64,000 bases of DNA from Ophelia neglecta. Its lineage: Eukaryota. The notes under the pieces are model-generated. The model was not told the origin of the DNA. It ran no database searches and worked only from the letters and a program-made list of their open reading frames with translations. Below are positions 1 to 21,672 of the stretch, in pieces. Within the stretch, counting starts at the first letter, position 1; every line of letters begins with the position of its first letter. The DNA lies in contig OZ260662.1 of assembly GCA_965285935.1 (NCBI GenBank), positions 49,476,001 to 49,540,000 of the forward strand, written 5' to 3'. A program made the translations under genes and the position numbers.

Positions 1-152
1 TTCAAAGGTCATTTTAATAAGCTTTCGATCGTAATTCATAATTCCTTGAAAAGTAAACAAAGTTTGTTAAATAATCCTGAATGTATAAACATATTGTGAG
101 AATAGAATGTTTTGAAAGTCAATTCATCAAGACTTATATTAATATATTTCAG

Positions 153-9323
<9,171 letters not shown>

Positions 9324-10074
9324 AATTATCCTAACCATATATTGGGACTGTCCAATATTGACAATGTTATTACAATTGCTCTGTCACCTCTAAATTATTA
9401 TTGTAAAGGCTCTTATTTTTGTGAGATGGTCATATCCATGAAAAACACTGCAGTAGGTCAGAGAGCAGAATAACTGCTATGGCTTTGGGTTCATTATTGA
9501 ACAAATGGTTCTCTCTGTTTTCAATACTCAAAACAGGAAGATAACAAACAGTGAGCTTTGTAGATAGAAATTGAATTCTCTTCAGCCTCTGTAGCGGTTC
9601 AGGATCCAGATCTTGTTATCTGTGTAGGTTCCTTGTTACTTGTCAACAGTCACAAATCACCTGACTGTACACAGGGTTTAATGTTTTTTTCGTCTTATGG
9701 AATTTTCAGATTTGACTTGGTTATTTATGATTTGGCTGGAGTGGGCTGTCTGACAAACTTACTAACTATTCCTATCAGTTGGTGGGGGGGGGGGCTTGAT
9801 TTTCTAAATGCCTTGTTATATTAACATCTATTCCTTGACATTTATCATCATAAAGATCCTAAATAAGGTCTTTCAGGTCAACATCTTTTACAGAAATTAT
9901 TCTGTTAACCTTGTGCATGTATAGAATTCACTTAAAAAGGTTACTCGAATATGAACATTATGGAGGCTAGAAAGTGTCATCACAGTCATTCCGCAGTAAA
10001 TACGATGCCACTTACTAGTCTCCATGATGTAAAAAGTCAACTTCTGTTTTATTTCAAGATGTAAGTCCTATTAA

Positions 10075-10260
10075 CAGTGCCCTAGCATGGTGACTCTGGC
10101 TGACCCCTACTGGGGCTGGGCTGCCCCCCCCCCCCACTGGGCAAAGTTTTCTTCCCCTTTTAAAACAATGTAGCCAAACTCATATCAAATGCACTTTGCT
10201 TTACTTCCCACTGTTACCCAAGTTACTCCTGGCTGACAGAAAATCCTGGCTGGAATGCTG
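10075..10260. mobile_element. degenerate hAT-like MITE in the ZAK 3' UTR
   Basis: Imperfect termini CAGTGCCCTAGC ... AAAATCCTGGCTGGAATGCTG with internal C-run; no TSD recovered. Confidence 0.3.
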
Positions 10261-10409
10261 CTTGTCCATTGCTATTCGTACACAATGTTGCTCAAACCTT
10301 TATTGTCATACATGTTCATATAGTTGATATTAATACTAAATACCACACATGCCTCATTTTGATAAACATGAACTTTTTATTCAGGGCTTACAAGGAAACT
10401 GAAACCTTT

Positions 10410-10534
10410 CTCATCTGTGTATATACAATGTATATATACTGGTAGTTATACTTAAGACTCATCTGTGTATATATATATACCGGTAGTTACACTTAAGACT
10501 CATCTGTGTATATATATAGTTACACTTAAGACTC
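10410..10534. repeat. 3-copy tandem repeat (CTCATCTGTG(TA)n..TAGTTACACTTAAGA)
   Basis: Copies start at 10410, 10458 and 10499; lengths 48, 41 and 33. Confidence 0.85.
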
Positions 10535-12528
10535 TATATTTAAATGCTACATCAATTTATTTTTGTTATGTTTTTTATTTGGCCTTTAAGCCAGAGAGCT
10601 GATCTATTAAGTTTCCTGTGAAAGAGTTTACTTCTTTTAGGACATGTATGTGTGGTGCATTTTATGCATCTGCTTTTAGATATTTGAGCTATTTTCAGAC
10701 CCCCCCCCCCTCCCTTTGGCCACAACCGTTTCAGGAGTCTGCCCTGGCAGCCTGGTAGGAGATATTTATCCTTTTGATAGTTATTAAGCCTCTAAGTGCT
10801 GCAAGTGACAAACTGCCATGCAGTGCCCAGCGAGTTGAGAATTCTCTATTTAGATGAACAAGTCCAGTAACTAGGGAAGTAATTGTAAAGTCATGAGAGC
10901 AGGTTTATCTGGATCAGGCCTTAACCATCTCATTAAAAAGATATTAGAAGTTTTTTTATAAAAAAGTATTTATTTTGTAGATAATTTTAGAATTTTTATG
11001 TCTTATGCTACTTATGCCTTTCCTGAATTTATTCCTGTGGATTAGATGTGGGGTAGTTGTGTAGTGTGTCCATCCTGATGGGGTTGTAGGGGTAAGGGGA
11101 TATGTCTGCAGGGGGAGGGGGGTCCTTAAAATAGGCCTCCCAAGCCCCCACCCTCACTCCACCAGCAGTGAGGAAATTCCTGTTAAAGCCCTTACTTTGT
11201 ATAAACGCTTGTTATTTTTTGAGGATTGATCCACTTAGTTTGCTCTGCAGCTACTTGTATAGGAAATTTGTGCAGATGTTAAAGATTATGATATTCTGGT
11301 CTCACAACTGGGTAGGACAGAGATGACCAGTGATAGATAGTTAGCCTCTAAGTGCCCCCTGAAGGAAATGCACGGGTCATATGAACGGTGAGCTGGGAAA
11401 TTATTTTGGAGGTGTGAGAGCAGTCTTACCTTGTTGAAGACTATAAACCCTACAGTTAACTGTTTTAACTTATATCTTCAGTACATTTGTTGCTAGGCCA
11501 TATAGTCTTTTATTGGTCTAAAAGTACTAACAAAACCAAATCTAAGATTATTATATTAACCAATGATTATGTATACAAACCTATTATTACTTGGATGCCA
11601 TACATCTCATAAACCTCATGTGATAGTGCAAAGCAAGATGCAACAAATCATATACTGTACCAAGTACTTAAAGTTTATTTGGTTATCATAGCCCCTGCTA
11701 TCTTCAGGACTTGCTTGTACATTTTCTTTCATGATCAGGGGAATCTAGAAATTGTTATAATAATTATAAGTGTACAATCGAGCCAAGAGGAAAGTTGGAA
11801 AATTGTATAAATGTAATACAGAGCATTTGATTCTTCATTCAGCTAAACATTATGCCATATTTTTGTGAAAGTGTTAGCATGTTATTTTATTGGGAAAGAT
11901 ATGCATTCCGATCTCTGAAATGGCAAAGGGACTTTATATATATAGAGAGAGACTGTGTGTTTCATGAATCCAACCTTTAACTACATATTCCATGCATTTC
12001 CAACTGCCATATGCACAGACAATGAAAGAAAATGTTACTGGGTCTCACTTTTAATAACATTTCTGATTAAACTGGGTGTATCAGATTATCAAACACATGT
12101 GTATGGTGGGTGCCAGTCAGTTGAAGGTTTCCCATCTGCATATAGTTTGACATTAGATCATATTGCGCCTCTTTTCGCCGAGTATTGTTGACTAATGCTA
12201 CCACCAATGATGTAGTATGATGAATTGATTGCTAAATATGTGAGACATAACACTATTGTGTGCGAAACAGATTACTGTCCTTGTGATTTTTAATAAATAG
12301 ACACTTCAGTCTGCTGCTTGGAATATTAATGATGAAATATAATGAATGATATTTGAACAGTGTTCAGTTGTAACTGTTTGAAAATGAAGTGGTTCATTGA
12401 AATGCATGTTGCCTGGTATGACCACTCCTAACATATAGTCAGCTGTGTAAACTTATATCAACTGTATGTGTGGCATACCTGTGAAAATATGTGATCTTTC
12501 AATATGGCCGGCTGTGTAGCTGTTGAAA

Positions 12529-12534
12529 AATAAA
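12529..12534 (+). terminator. probable ZAK polyadenylation signal
   Basis: AATAAA just before the point where CpG depletion ends; an alternative AATAAA lies at 12292. Confidence 0.45.
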
Positions 12535-13610
12535 AATAATGAATTGAAGTAGAAAACATGCTGTTGTATCGAGAAATTATTACCACATACCTGTTTAGAA
12601 TACATTATAATAGGAAAAATATACTATTACCAAACAAAGACGTCTTTCTACTTTAAAGATTGAGTGTCATTAATTCTTAGATTTCTTTAAGCGCTGCTGA
12701 CTCACACAATATGATAATATCAGATATCACCCTTCTCCGCTTCTAAGGTGTAACTATACACCAGTCTTAAAATCTGCTCACAAAACGTGTCTAACCCCTA
12801 AACGTGGTCAGAATGGCTGAAAACGATATCATACTAAGATAAATAAGAAATTGAAGGTATAATTAATCATCTCCTGATTGCACACTCCGATAACATCTCA
12901 ATAAGAGAAATAGAAAAAAACACCAGGCAAAGAAACGGGGAGACAATTTTCCGCCTTTTTAAGGTCGATTGTATGGTGGGTAATTAATTTCCATGTCTGA
13001 TGAAAGCGAGTTAGTGTTTTAGTGATATATTCACACGTCATCACAAGAGCTCTAGAGATGCTATCCTCAAATAATGGACGATGCTTTGTATATAACTTGG
13101 CGTATGAGGTCCGTTTAAGATGATATCTCTGGCTGGGTTATGTTATCAGGAATGCTATCATTCATTTTTTGCCGTTTTGAATGGTTGAGTTGGGAGGCAC
13201 CGCTTTTAATCAGATAGGATCGTTATTTTATATTATTTTAATGAACCACCGACATGTCAGTGGTTTCCGACATTAATGTTTATTATAAACAGAAAAAGAA
13301 CCATAGCAGTAAGCAAGTTGGAAAAGTGGCCACGATTTGCGCCATTTTCATGCATAGGATACCCAAGTCTATCCACAATTTTCCACTGAAATACCTATTT
13401 AAATACTAAAATTTACTCCTTAATAAAGTAACGTCGTAATATACTTTCAAATATACATATATATTTCTGGCAGTACACATACACGCGGTTAAGACCTGTT
13501 TATAATATAGGTCTATCTGTACATGGTGTTCTATATAATATAGAAGATTGTAGAAGTTAAAGCCTTGAAGTTAACTATATGTCTACAATATTCATACATA
13601 GAAGCGTGTG

Positions 13611-13830
13611 TATTAGAAACGTACGGGTTACAAGGATTTTATTATTTGTATTAACAATGTGATACATTCTTATTTAAATAAACAAAGTGTTTTCTCTAAA
13701 TTAATGTAACTATAAAATAATTATACATAGAGTCGTATTTATTAGAAACGTACAGGTTATAAGGATATTATTCCTTGTTTTTCCAACACAATTTATTATT
13801 TTTAAATAAACAGAAAGTGTTTTTTTACTA
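13611..13830. repeat. degenerate 2-copy direct repeat (about 130-bp period)
   Basis: TATTAGAAACGTACRGGTTAYAAGGAT...TTTAAATAAACA(G)AAGTGTTTT at 13611 and 13740. Confidence 0.75.
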
Positions 13831-16800
13831 ATATATTTTTGTATGTGAAAGTTTCTAAATTGATTAAAAATCTTTTCTTATATCTTTGCTACTTTATAAT
13901 CTGGGCGCCTACTACATGTACAATGATAAATACTTTAGGTTTAATTTACTTCCGCAAACTTATTCAAGTGATACATAAGCCCAAGTAAAACATTTGCAAG
14001 GTAATAGTGCTTTAAACCGCGAGTGTCATAGAAATTGTCCCGAGTTTTCGAGTGTTGCTGACTAACACTACAAAATACCAATCCCGTGCACCAGTCAACA
14101 AATGGGACACCCAAGACAATTAGATCATAAGGCAAATTATAACACGCCATACCTATTGGCGAATTAATAAAATTATAAATTAGTCAAATATCTCTTCTAT
14201 AGCAGCATTTACAATATTAGGCCTATATATTAGAACGGCGACACTGTTCACCGTAGTATTTACTATAAAAGGGCCTATATTAATGCCTGTCAACGAAATA
14301 AATATTGGTTATATCTTTTTTGATGTGAGATAAAGTTTCTACACATGACACCAAATTTGCAATCTTCGTTACCAACTTTTTGATTTATCGAACAAAAGGA
14401 CCGGCTACATACAAGACATACAAGACTGAGACCTTTGAATTCTAGGAGGTTTGTCTCGAAAATTACAACTAAAATGAGCGAACAAAGCACCATGCCTTTG
14501 CGCCATCATCACGAACAAGTATTATCAACATAAATAAGCCTCGCATGTTAGTGCTGGATCCGAGTTTTATACTAGAGTGAAGTAGAGTTCCGGTAAAAAC
14601 ATGACAATTCCTTCAGCTGGGTAACAAAAAATATTGTTTCGGTTAGGCCAAATTCAACCTGGGTGTTGGACGAAGTACCAAATGAATACACAGGACACCG
14701 GCCATTGCCGCTGACCATGTCGACGATCACACAATCAGACACACATCATTGTGAGAGTTTTGACGCTTTATATTTAAGTAAGGTCTTATTTGCTCTTCTT
14801 TATTTGACGTATATCTTTATTAATAAACTTAACTAGCTAATTTCTGATTTTTGGCAATATGACGTATATTTGGACGAGCACTATTTATTGTACAAGTTAC
14901 TGGGACTTATAGCAAAAGAGACAGGACACTTAATTTTTTCATTAAAATGGTCTTTTTAGAAGACGTGTTACATTATTTGCGGCCTATGATCAAACTTCGG
15001 CTGTAATTTTTCTGGAAAATATCAAGTTGGGAAATGTGATCACGTACGTTACATTTACGTGCATAAAATATGGAATTCAAGAAATAACAACTGTACTCGT
15101 ACTCTTTTGCATTTGTTATTTCAATTCTTTAATTAGCCTGACTGGTTTAATTACCACTGAAAATGTAACATAATATCATGTTTGGTTTCATGTGCAACTT
15201 ACTTCTTTCTCATATATCACATGCTCAACACAAATTTATAAAATAATAAACTGAAATCTGTCCTTCTACTTAGGGAAGGTAGAATAAGATCATTTCAATT
15301 ATTAAAATACTTTAATAACTTTCTTAAAATATTATGTAACAGCTGAGATAGGAATTATTTTCCATGTCAATAACATACATTTTGTTACATTAATTATTAA
15401 TAGACAACAGCATTGGTTGAATGGGCGGAAATTCAAAAATTCGAAGCACTTTGGATGCCATGTGTCTTGCTGTATTTTGAATAACCCACAAATACAATTT
15501 TTTTCCTTTTGAAAGGCTAAATTTCTTCAAAGCATATCTTCTTTGAAAACCTAGTTTGATCAGAATATCCGAATTAAGTATGCCATAAAACTAACTTCCA
15601 GGGCATTTTCCTATTGCTTAAAACCGTTTTGTTTGTTTCGCTCATTGTTCATTTTCTGATGTGTTTACGTACACTTTTGTCGAGACTTGATGTGCGTATC
15701 AAGGTATTTTTTGTTTGAAAAAACGAAGCACCAGTAATAAATACGAACATTATAAAGAATGTGAGATTAGCAACCAAGGTTGACTCGATTCCGCATCTTT
15801 TGTGCGAGTAAAAATTGCCTATAACTAGTCAGTGTTTACAGTGTTTGGGTGGGATGCCTGAAGACATCTAGATAGCGCCACTGCTGCGGGTGAAAAACAC
15901 AGATTTCTCTGATTGTTTGAGTGCTTAAAATCCTCCGAGGAGGCCGATGACTAATCAACAAAGTTAACTAAACAAAAAAGTTAACCCTTTATATCTAGCA
16001 TTCTTACATACCTTTTCCCAAGAGTTACGGTTCTCTCATTCTGACTTTAGTTTAAAAAAAGATTAGTAACGTCGTATGGAAGTTGGTTAACTACTCCATT
16101 ACTTTTAATCCGAAGGTTTCCGGTGGCAAACATTTCTTGATCTTCCATCCCTTTGTACTTGCAGGAATTTGCCAACGGTGCCAATAATAAAGGCAAAGGG
16201 TGATCTGCTTACCTGTAGAGTCCGTAGATTTAAAATCGAACCGTCTAGATTTAAAATTAGATAAAACCGCCCCTGGTGGTGGCAAGGGGTTATCATTACA
16301 GTCAGACGTATCTATATAATGAGCAGGCATGGGCCTTAAGTTACACGTGATGCCATTCAATAAAAGAGTGCAACTGCATATGTTACAATATAAATTTGTT
16401 AAATATGCCATTTTTCCCTGACAATGTTATGTCCGTTTTCCTTGACATTGGATTGTTGCTGGTGGAAGTGGCAGGGGAGACTCTCACATGGAGCGCCCTT
16501 GCGTGAAATCAGATCATTTCAGATGAACCGTCAAGCATGATGCTTTGTCTTAGTTCTGAAGTTCATGTATTATTGCGCTGCTACGCCTTGATTCAGAAGA
16601 AATGACAAACTTCACCCGACATGTCATAATAGTTATGTAAATCATATATATAAACTCAGAATTCTCTTATGTTTTGATGTGTGTTTATTTTCAGAATTAT
16701 TCGCTATTTTTAGAAAATCGTTGCTTACTTCTTCAGCTGTTCAAGTCAATCCTAGTTACGTTGGTTTTCAACTGACATTTGAATACAATTTTCGGGCATG

Positions 16801-17509
16801 CTTTATGCAGAATGTTAAAAGGCATCGACGGTACATGCACGGTAGCCAATATTTTTCCACTCTGCCCCACTGGATATCATATTATCTAAACGAACATGCA
16901 TATAGTTGCACCATAATCTAGACTACCCTTTGATCCCTAGAATGGGCGATCTAAATTTCCAAACGCAAATGGTGTAATTTGGGTGGTTATATTTTGCCCC
17001 AGCCATATTCGTGTGGATTTTCTCCTGGGCTCCCTAAACTAAATTTGATAAATATCATGAACAAAAATGCACAATATTGTGTACTTTTAAATTGATTAAC
17101 AGCCATAGACGTACCACTATATAAGTTTAATAGTGGCGGAGGAATATAACGCAGTAGAGGGATGGTTTGGCGCTCAGTCGACCGTATGTATACTCGTAGC
17201 TTACAGCCCAAGTAAGTTGGGAGAACAAGGATATTATGGACGCTAGCATTTACTTTTTTTAATTCAGTATTGCAGATTATAATGTAAAAGTTTGCGTCAT
17301 ATTCCCCGATATGTGATATTCAAGTTTGAAATGTGAGAAGAATAAAAATTCCCGAATTAACTATGCGCCAACTGCCGCAGAAACGCGCATTAAATAGTCA
17401 TAACCGGAAATCGTTTCAAATCAGTGCCATACATAACCAGAGTGTAAGGATTATAATGTTAACCAGGCGTGAAGGTGACAGGACGGATGGTATGTCTTTA
17501 TCAAATGTC

Positions 17510-17557
17510 CGTAAACCATAGACCTAAAATCCCGGGATTTTAGGTCTATGCGTAAAC
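17510..17557. mobile_element. 34-bp perfect palindrome in a 7-bp target duplication; P-element-like excision footprint
   Basis: CGTAAAC [CATAGACCTAAAATCCC GGGATTTTAGGTCTATG] CGTAAAC. Confidence 0.7.
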
Positions 17558-17896
17558 AGTATATTTATATTGTGGTTCGCAGTTTAGTGAGCTCAAAGAG
17601 ACACCGGTATCATAAAGTATATTTTATTGTGCGAACTTGCGCTACAGTTAGGTTCATAATGTTTCAATGAATTATTCACCTTTCCACTTGTCCCTGTCAA
17701 TGATAATAATATTGTTGTTTCTCTACTATCAAATGTAAAAAGTTCAATATAGATTGATGAAAAGGAGAGTGGCTTATTGAAAAAATATGAATCAACCTAG
17801 GATGTAAGAAGAGATTAAAAGAAACACATTCCTTGTTGTAAAGACTACTCAAGATAATGAATATATATATGCCTTATGTGTTTGAATATGATATTA

Positions 17897-18075
17897 CAGT
17901 AAATCATGTGTTTGTGGTCACCTGTTTAATAAGGTCACCTGCCCACTAAGGTCACTAAATAATACCCCGAACCCCATTAATGCCTGTGTTAACTAACCTG
18001 CTTATCAAGGTCACCCACATAACGTGGTAAGTTTTTTGCCTGTCCCTTGACTGACCAGATTAGACAAGTTCACTG
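17897..18075. mobile_element. Tc1/pogo-type MITE
   Basis: TA|CAGTAAA ... TTCACTG|TA termini with TA flanks and four internal GGTCAC subterminal repeats. Confidence 0.55.
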
Positions 18076-19494
18076 TATTACCCAAGAAAGTAGAAAGACA
18101 TATAATCCTAATATGGACACTAAAAATTATACTTGAACGTTCTTGAATAATTGCTTTTTTTCCCGCCGCCACCGTCGCATCGGCTGCCGCACTTTCATTT
18201 TGCAAAAATGGTGTGTTAAGGCGTGTTAAAAAATGCCTATTTTTCCCTAGTAGTATTCAAATTATATTACCTAAACTACTTCAGTTAAAAAAAATCATAA
18301 AAGCATGCGTGCGCCCTCCAATCAAAATTATTATAGGTGCAAAGCAGATATTTGTCTGATTAAATATTTTGAGGAATGCGACAATATTCAGTTGCCATTT
18401 AGACGCTATAGCTAAACAAAAAATACCCTATTTCAAAGCCCAGTTAACTTTTTTTTGAATCGCAATATTTAGTGATGGTATAGGACATGATATATTGTGA
18501 TTTCAATGGAGTTGTCAGACTTGACCTTGGACTTTTTTCAAAGTCAAGTCACAATTTGTTTTGCCCAGATTTGGTTGGGAGTGGGAGTGTGTATATTTTA
18601 TTTCTTTTTTTCCCATGCCTTTCTGGACATTGCTAGTGCATGCATATAGTTTCAAAGAAAACATTTTTTTCCATGATTGTTTTAACTTTTATTACGACAT
18701 TGTCTGGAGTAGTCCAACAGAAATATTAGCTATTCCTTTGCAAAAGTGGGGGGCTTGTGTTTATAAACGCCTTGTTTCAGTCTGTAATCAAAATATAGTA
18801 GGAGGTCAGATTGTTTTCAAATTTGTCAAATTGGTTTCTTATGGGCCAGAAAGAAAAGGCATCATTAACTGAGAAACCCAAATAATGTGTTTACGATATT
18901 TGTATACCACCTCCCACCCAGCTCCCCTCACCCCCCAAGCATCCCTGACCTAATGCCCTTTTCCCTGGGGTTCGCTAATTATTCCTTTATCTTCGGCACA
19001 CAACATGAATACACTGCGCAAGCAAATCACGAACATTTCAATGTAATCGCCAAAAGTGATTGTCACAAATTCCACGCGCGCTGCGTAATACTGGACAGCA
19101 ATTTTTCAATGAAAGTCGCCATCGAAAATGTGTTTGTGCCGTGGGAGAGTCCGGAAATTGGTTTCGGTGTCAGCGCCGAAGTTCAAGGTCTAAATCATTG
19201 GGTTAACCAGGAAATGAAAACTTTAAAGCACGGCTACACAATAGAGGAGTAACGTTTGCGCTTAAAATGTTGGAAATATACCGTAAAGCCTGGAATTGTA
19301 CAGCCAAATGTCAAGATTATATCGTGCTAAACCCTCGTGAAATGAAAATAATCCGCGAACTCTGCGTTAACTACATGGCGCAGCCATTTTCCTTTCTCTA
19401 AAGTGATGCAGTTGATTTCCCTGAATAATAACACACGTAGGCCTATATGTGTATAGACATGGTTTGTCGTGACCCAGAATCGTGCAGAAGTTGG

Positions 19495-19760
19495 GCTTCG
19501 AGGTCAAGGTAAAATGTGTTAGGTAAACGTGCCAGAAACTTGGACGAAATCTGGATAATAGTGCATAGCGCATCCGCTACCCTTTAAAAGGAAATAAAAA
19601 CTTGGGTAGGAATGTTGCGGAAATTGTTCTTGATCAAGATCATTATTAAATTAATGTCAAGGTCACGATTTGTTGCTGAAATCGCACTTCAAATTATTCC
19701 CCGGTCCCTCATTATAATGGCAAAGCTGATTTCAACAAATGTTGCACAGTTGTATTGAGG
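19495..19760. mobile_element. possible degenerate non-autonomous Helentron (HINE/DINE-like) fragment
   Basis: GGTCAAGGT / TCAAGGTCAC and two AAACTTGG motifs, typical of such invertebrate repeats; ends not defined. Confidence 0.3.
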
Positions 19761-21199
19761 AAGAGCATTGCAGTTTTCTAAGGAACTGACATCATTGTCA
19801 CACCCCAACACTGAGCACGGTAACGCCCGATACCGTACGCTTCATGGCATGCCTCAAAATATAACTAAACAGTTCCCTTGTTATTTTTCCCTTGCTATAT
19901 TAGCCATAGGCTGAAATCTTGCTCATGTAAAGCAAACTGTGACATTGCAATTGTCTCCGTTTCCCGACCGCTATAAGTGACAGGAAGATGCAATACATTG
20001 TGTCAAATTTGAACTTAGGAACGGTATGTCATCTTACCAATAACCCCACTTTCGTTTTCAGTTATATTTTCTGTTTTATACTTGAAATACAACAGAGGGT
20101 GGATTTTGTACTTCTTCAAACAATATCACGAGTTACATTCAATATGACCATCGAAAGACACGGACTCAGTAGAATAATGCTTAAATACTGCAGGTCCCAA
20201 TAAAGGATACGGTATCTGCCGTCACCGTGCTCATACAGTGGTCCTGGAGTAATCATGTGCCTGGATAGACTAAATGGAATACGTTTGGAAGCTCATGGCC
20301 AATATGTCAAGTCGACGAAATACAACTTCCCACAATTTCGCTAAATAATGGTAAATAATTATCCCAGGATTGAATTGGCATAAAAAGGCTGCGTTGATAA
20401 GTGATAAGTGATAAAACTATATCACGTGGTCAAATGTTATGGGTGCAAATAGACCGAACTTGGAATAAAAATGAATCTCTCAGTAAAGTTGGCCTATTCT
20501 CAAATTCATATTTTTGTTCTAAACCAACGTACGAGTCTCAACTCTTTGCCCCTTGTTCAAAGCTTCGCCAGAACAATTAAGCCTTAAATAAAATAATAAA
20601 TAGTCTTCGCGTTGACGGGGAGATACGTTTTTATCGATGTTCAAAGAAGCGAAACCGGCTCTCAAATAAAGATAGATTAGACATAATTATGGGGTAAACT
20701 ACCTTAAAGTTTTAATCTTCATTTAATGCGCAATTTCTGGCCATGGGATTTCTCAAATGTCCAAACTGACATGAAATCTGTTTGATCTGCACTTAAGTTT
20801 GAAAGAATCTACACAGAAAGAGAGAAATGCAGTGCTTTATTTTTTCGCAATGCTGTTATATAAAAGATGCCATAATGTCTCGCGATTTTTCTTGCATGGA
20901 AGACGTGAGCAATTCAGGTTTCATCGCTCCAGGGCTTATCTTGGCAAAGTTGTCGGCACTGCAAGGGCTAGCTCCAAGATGACAGAAAAATAAGCCAGAA
21001 GTGGCGTCAAGTAGAAAAAGCAAAGTAAGATATCACGAAATGTGTCGAGGAATTCTCCGGCTATGATCAATTTGTCGTCGCTGATCATGGTTACACGGTC
21101 GTATATTGCTGCCAATAAAGGTGAGAGCTATGCACAGAATTTGAATTATTCTTTGGCGATATAAAAGAAATCTCCCTCGGCACCTTTTACAACTCAAGT

Positions 21200-21500
21200 T
21201 GCCACGGCCAATCAGAATAAAACTCTGGATGTCTTCAAATCTCGGGAGTTACGCATCAGGGCTGTTTTATTCTAGACTAGTTAATTACCTCAAACTAGCA
21301 AAAAAGTGTGCCCAATGGGAGTTGAGGCACTCCCTCGGGATTTAGAATGTAAACAATTTAGGTTTAGCAGGGCCGTGGGGCCGAGTTGAACAGCCAATGA
21401 GCGTCTGGTAACGTTATCTGGCTAATGATCGGTGCAGCCAGCCATAAGACACGGCGCTGGCTCAGCGCGCTTCACTTCCAACTCGACCGTCCGCCAGTTC
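21200..21500 (+). promoter_or_regulatory. BAMBI-like promoter
   Basis: CpG-rich; three CCAAT boxes (about 21208, 21312, 21394), CATAAG at 21443 and Inr-like TTCACT at 21471, 110-400 bp upstream of ATG 21609. Confidence 0.5.
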
Positions 21501-21608
21501 ACTTCTGCGGGGGAAAGTGACGGGCTGAAACAAGCGAGAAACTTTGTCAGTAGGACTAAGCACTGGTTCGCGAGGCTCCAGCAGGGAAGCCTAGGATAGG
21601 GGCTGAGG

Positions 21609-21672
21609 ATGGGGTGGCCGAACGCTCTCCTCGTCTGTCTCCATAGCTTGCTGATGGTCAGAATCAGCCAAG
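21609..21672 (+). CDS. BAMBI: BAMBI-like exon 1 (signal peptide)
   Basis: MGWPNALLVCLHSLLMVRISQ(G), AAG|GTAGGT phase-1 donor, downstream of a CCAAT promoter; link to exon 2 inferred from phase. Confidence 0.75.

Noticed and set aside
10410-10534. CRISPR-like repeat-spacer array
   Set aside because: Eukaryotic context, (TA)n variable parts rather than unique spacers, no cas genes
15873-16280. CTCF-like insulator motifs between ZAK and BAMBI
   Set aside because: Both (GCAGCAGTGGCGC and CCACCAGGGGCG, minus strand) are one base short of the CTCF core spacing
19367-19400. Minus-strand gene start AAAATGGCTGCGCC (YY1-like, MAAPCS)
   Set aside because: Stop after six codons with no convincing donor or downstream exons
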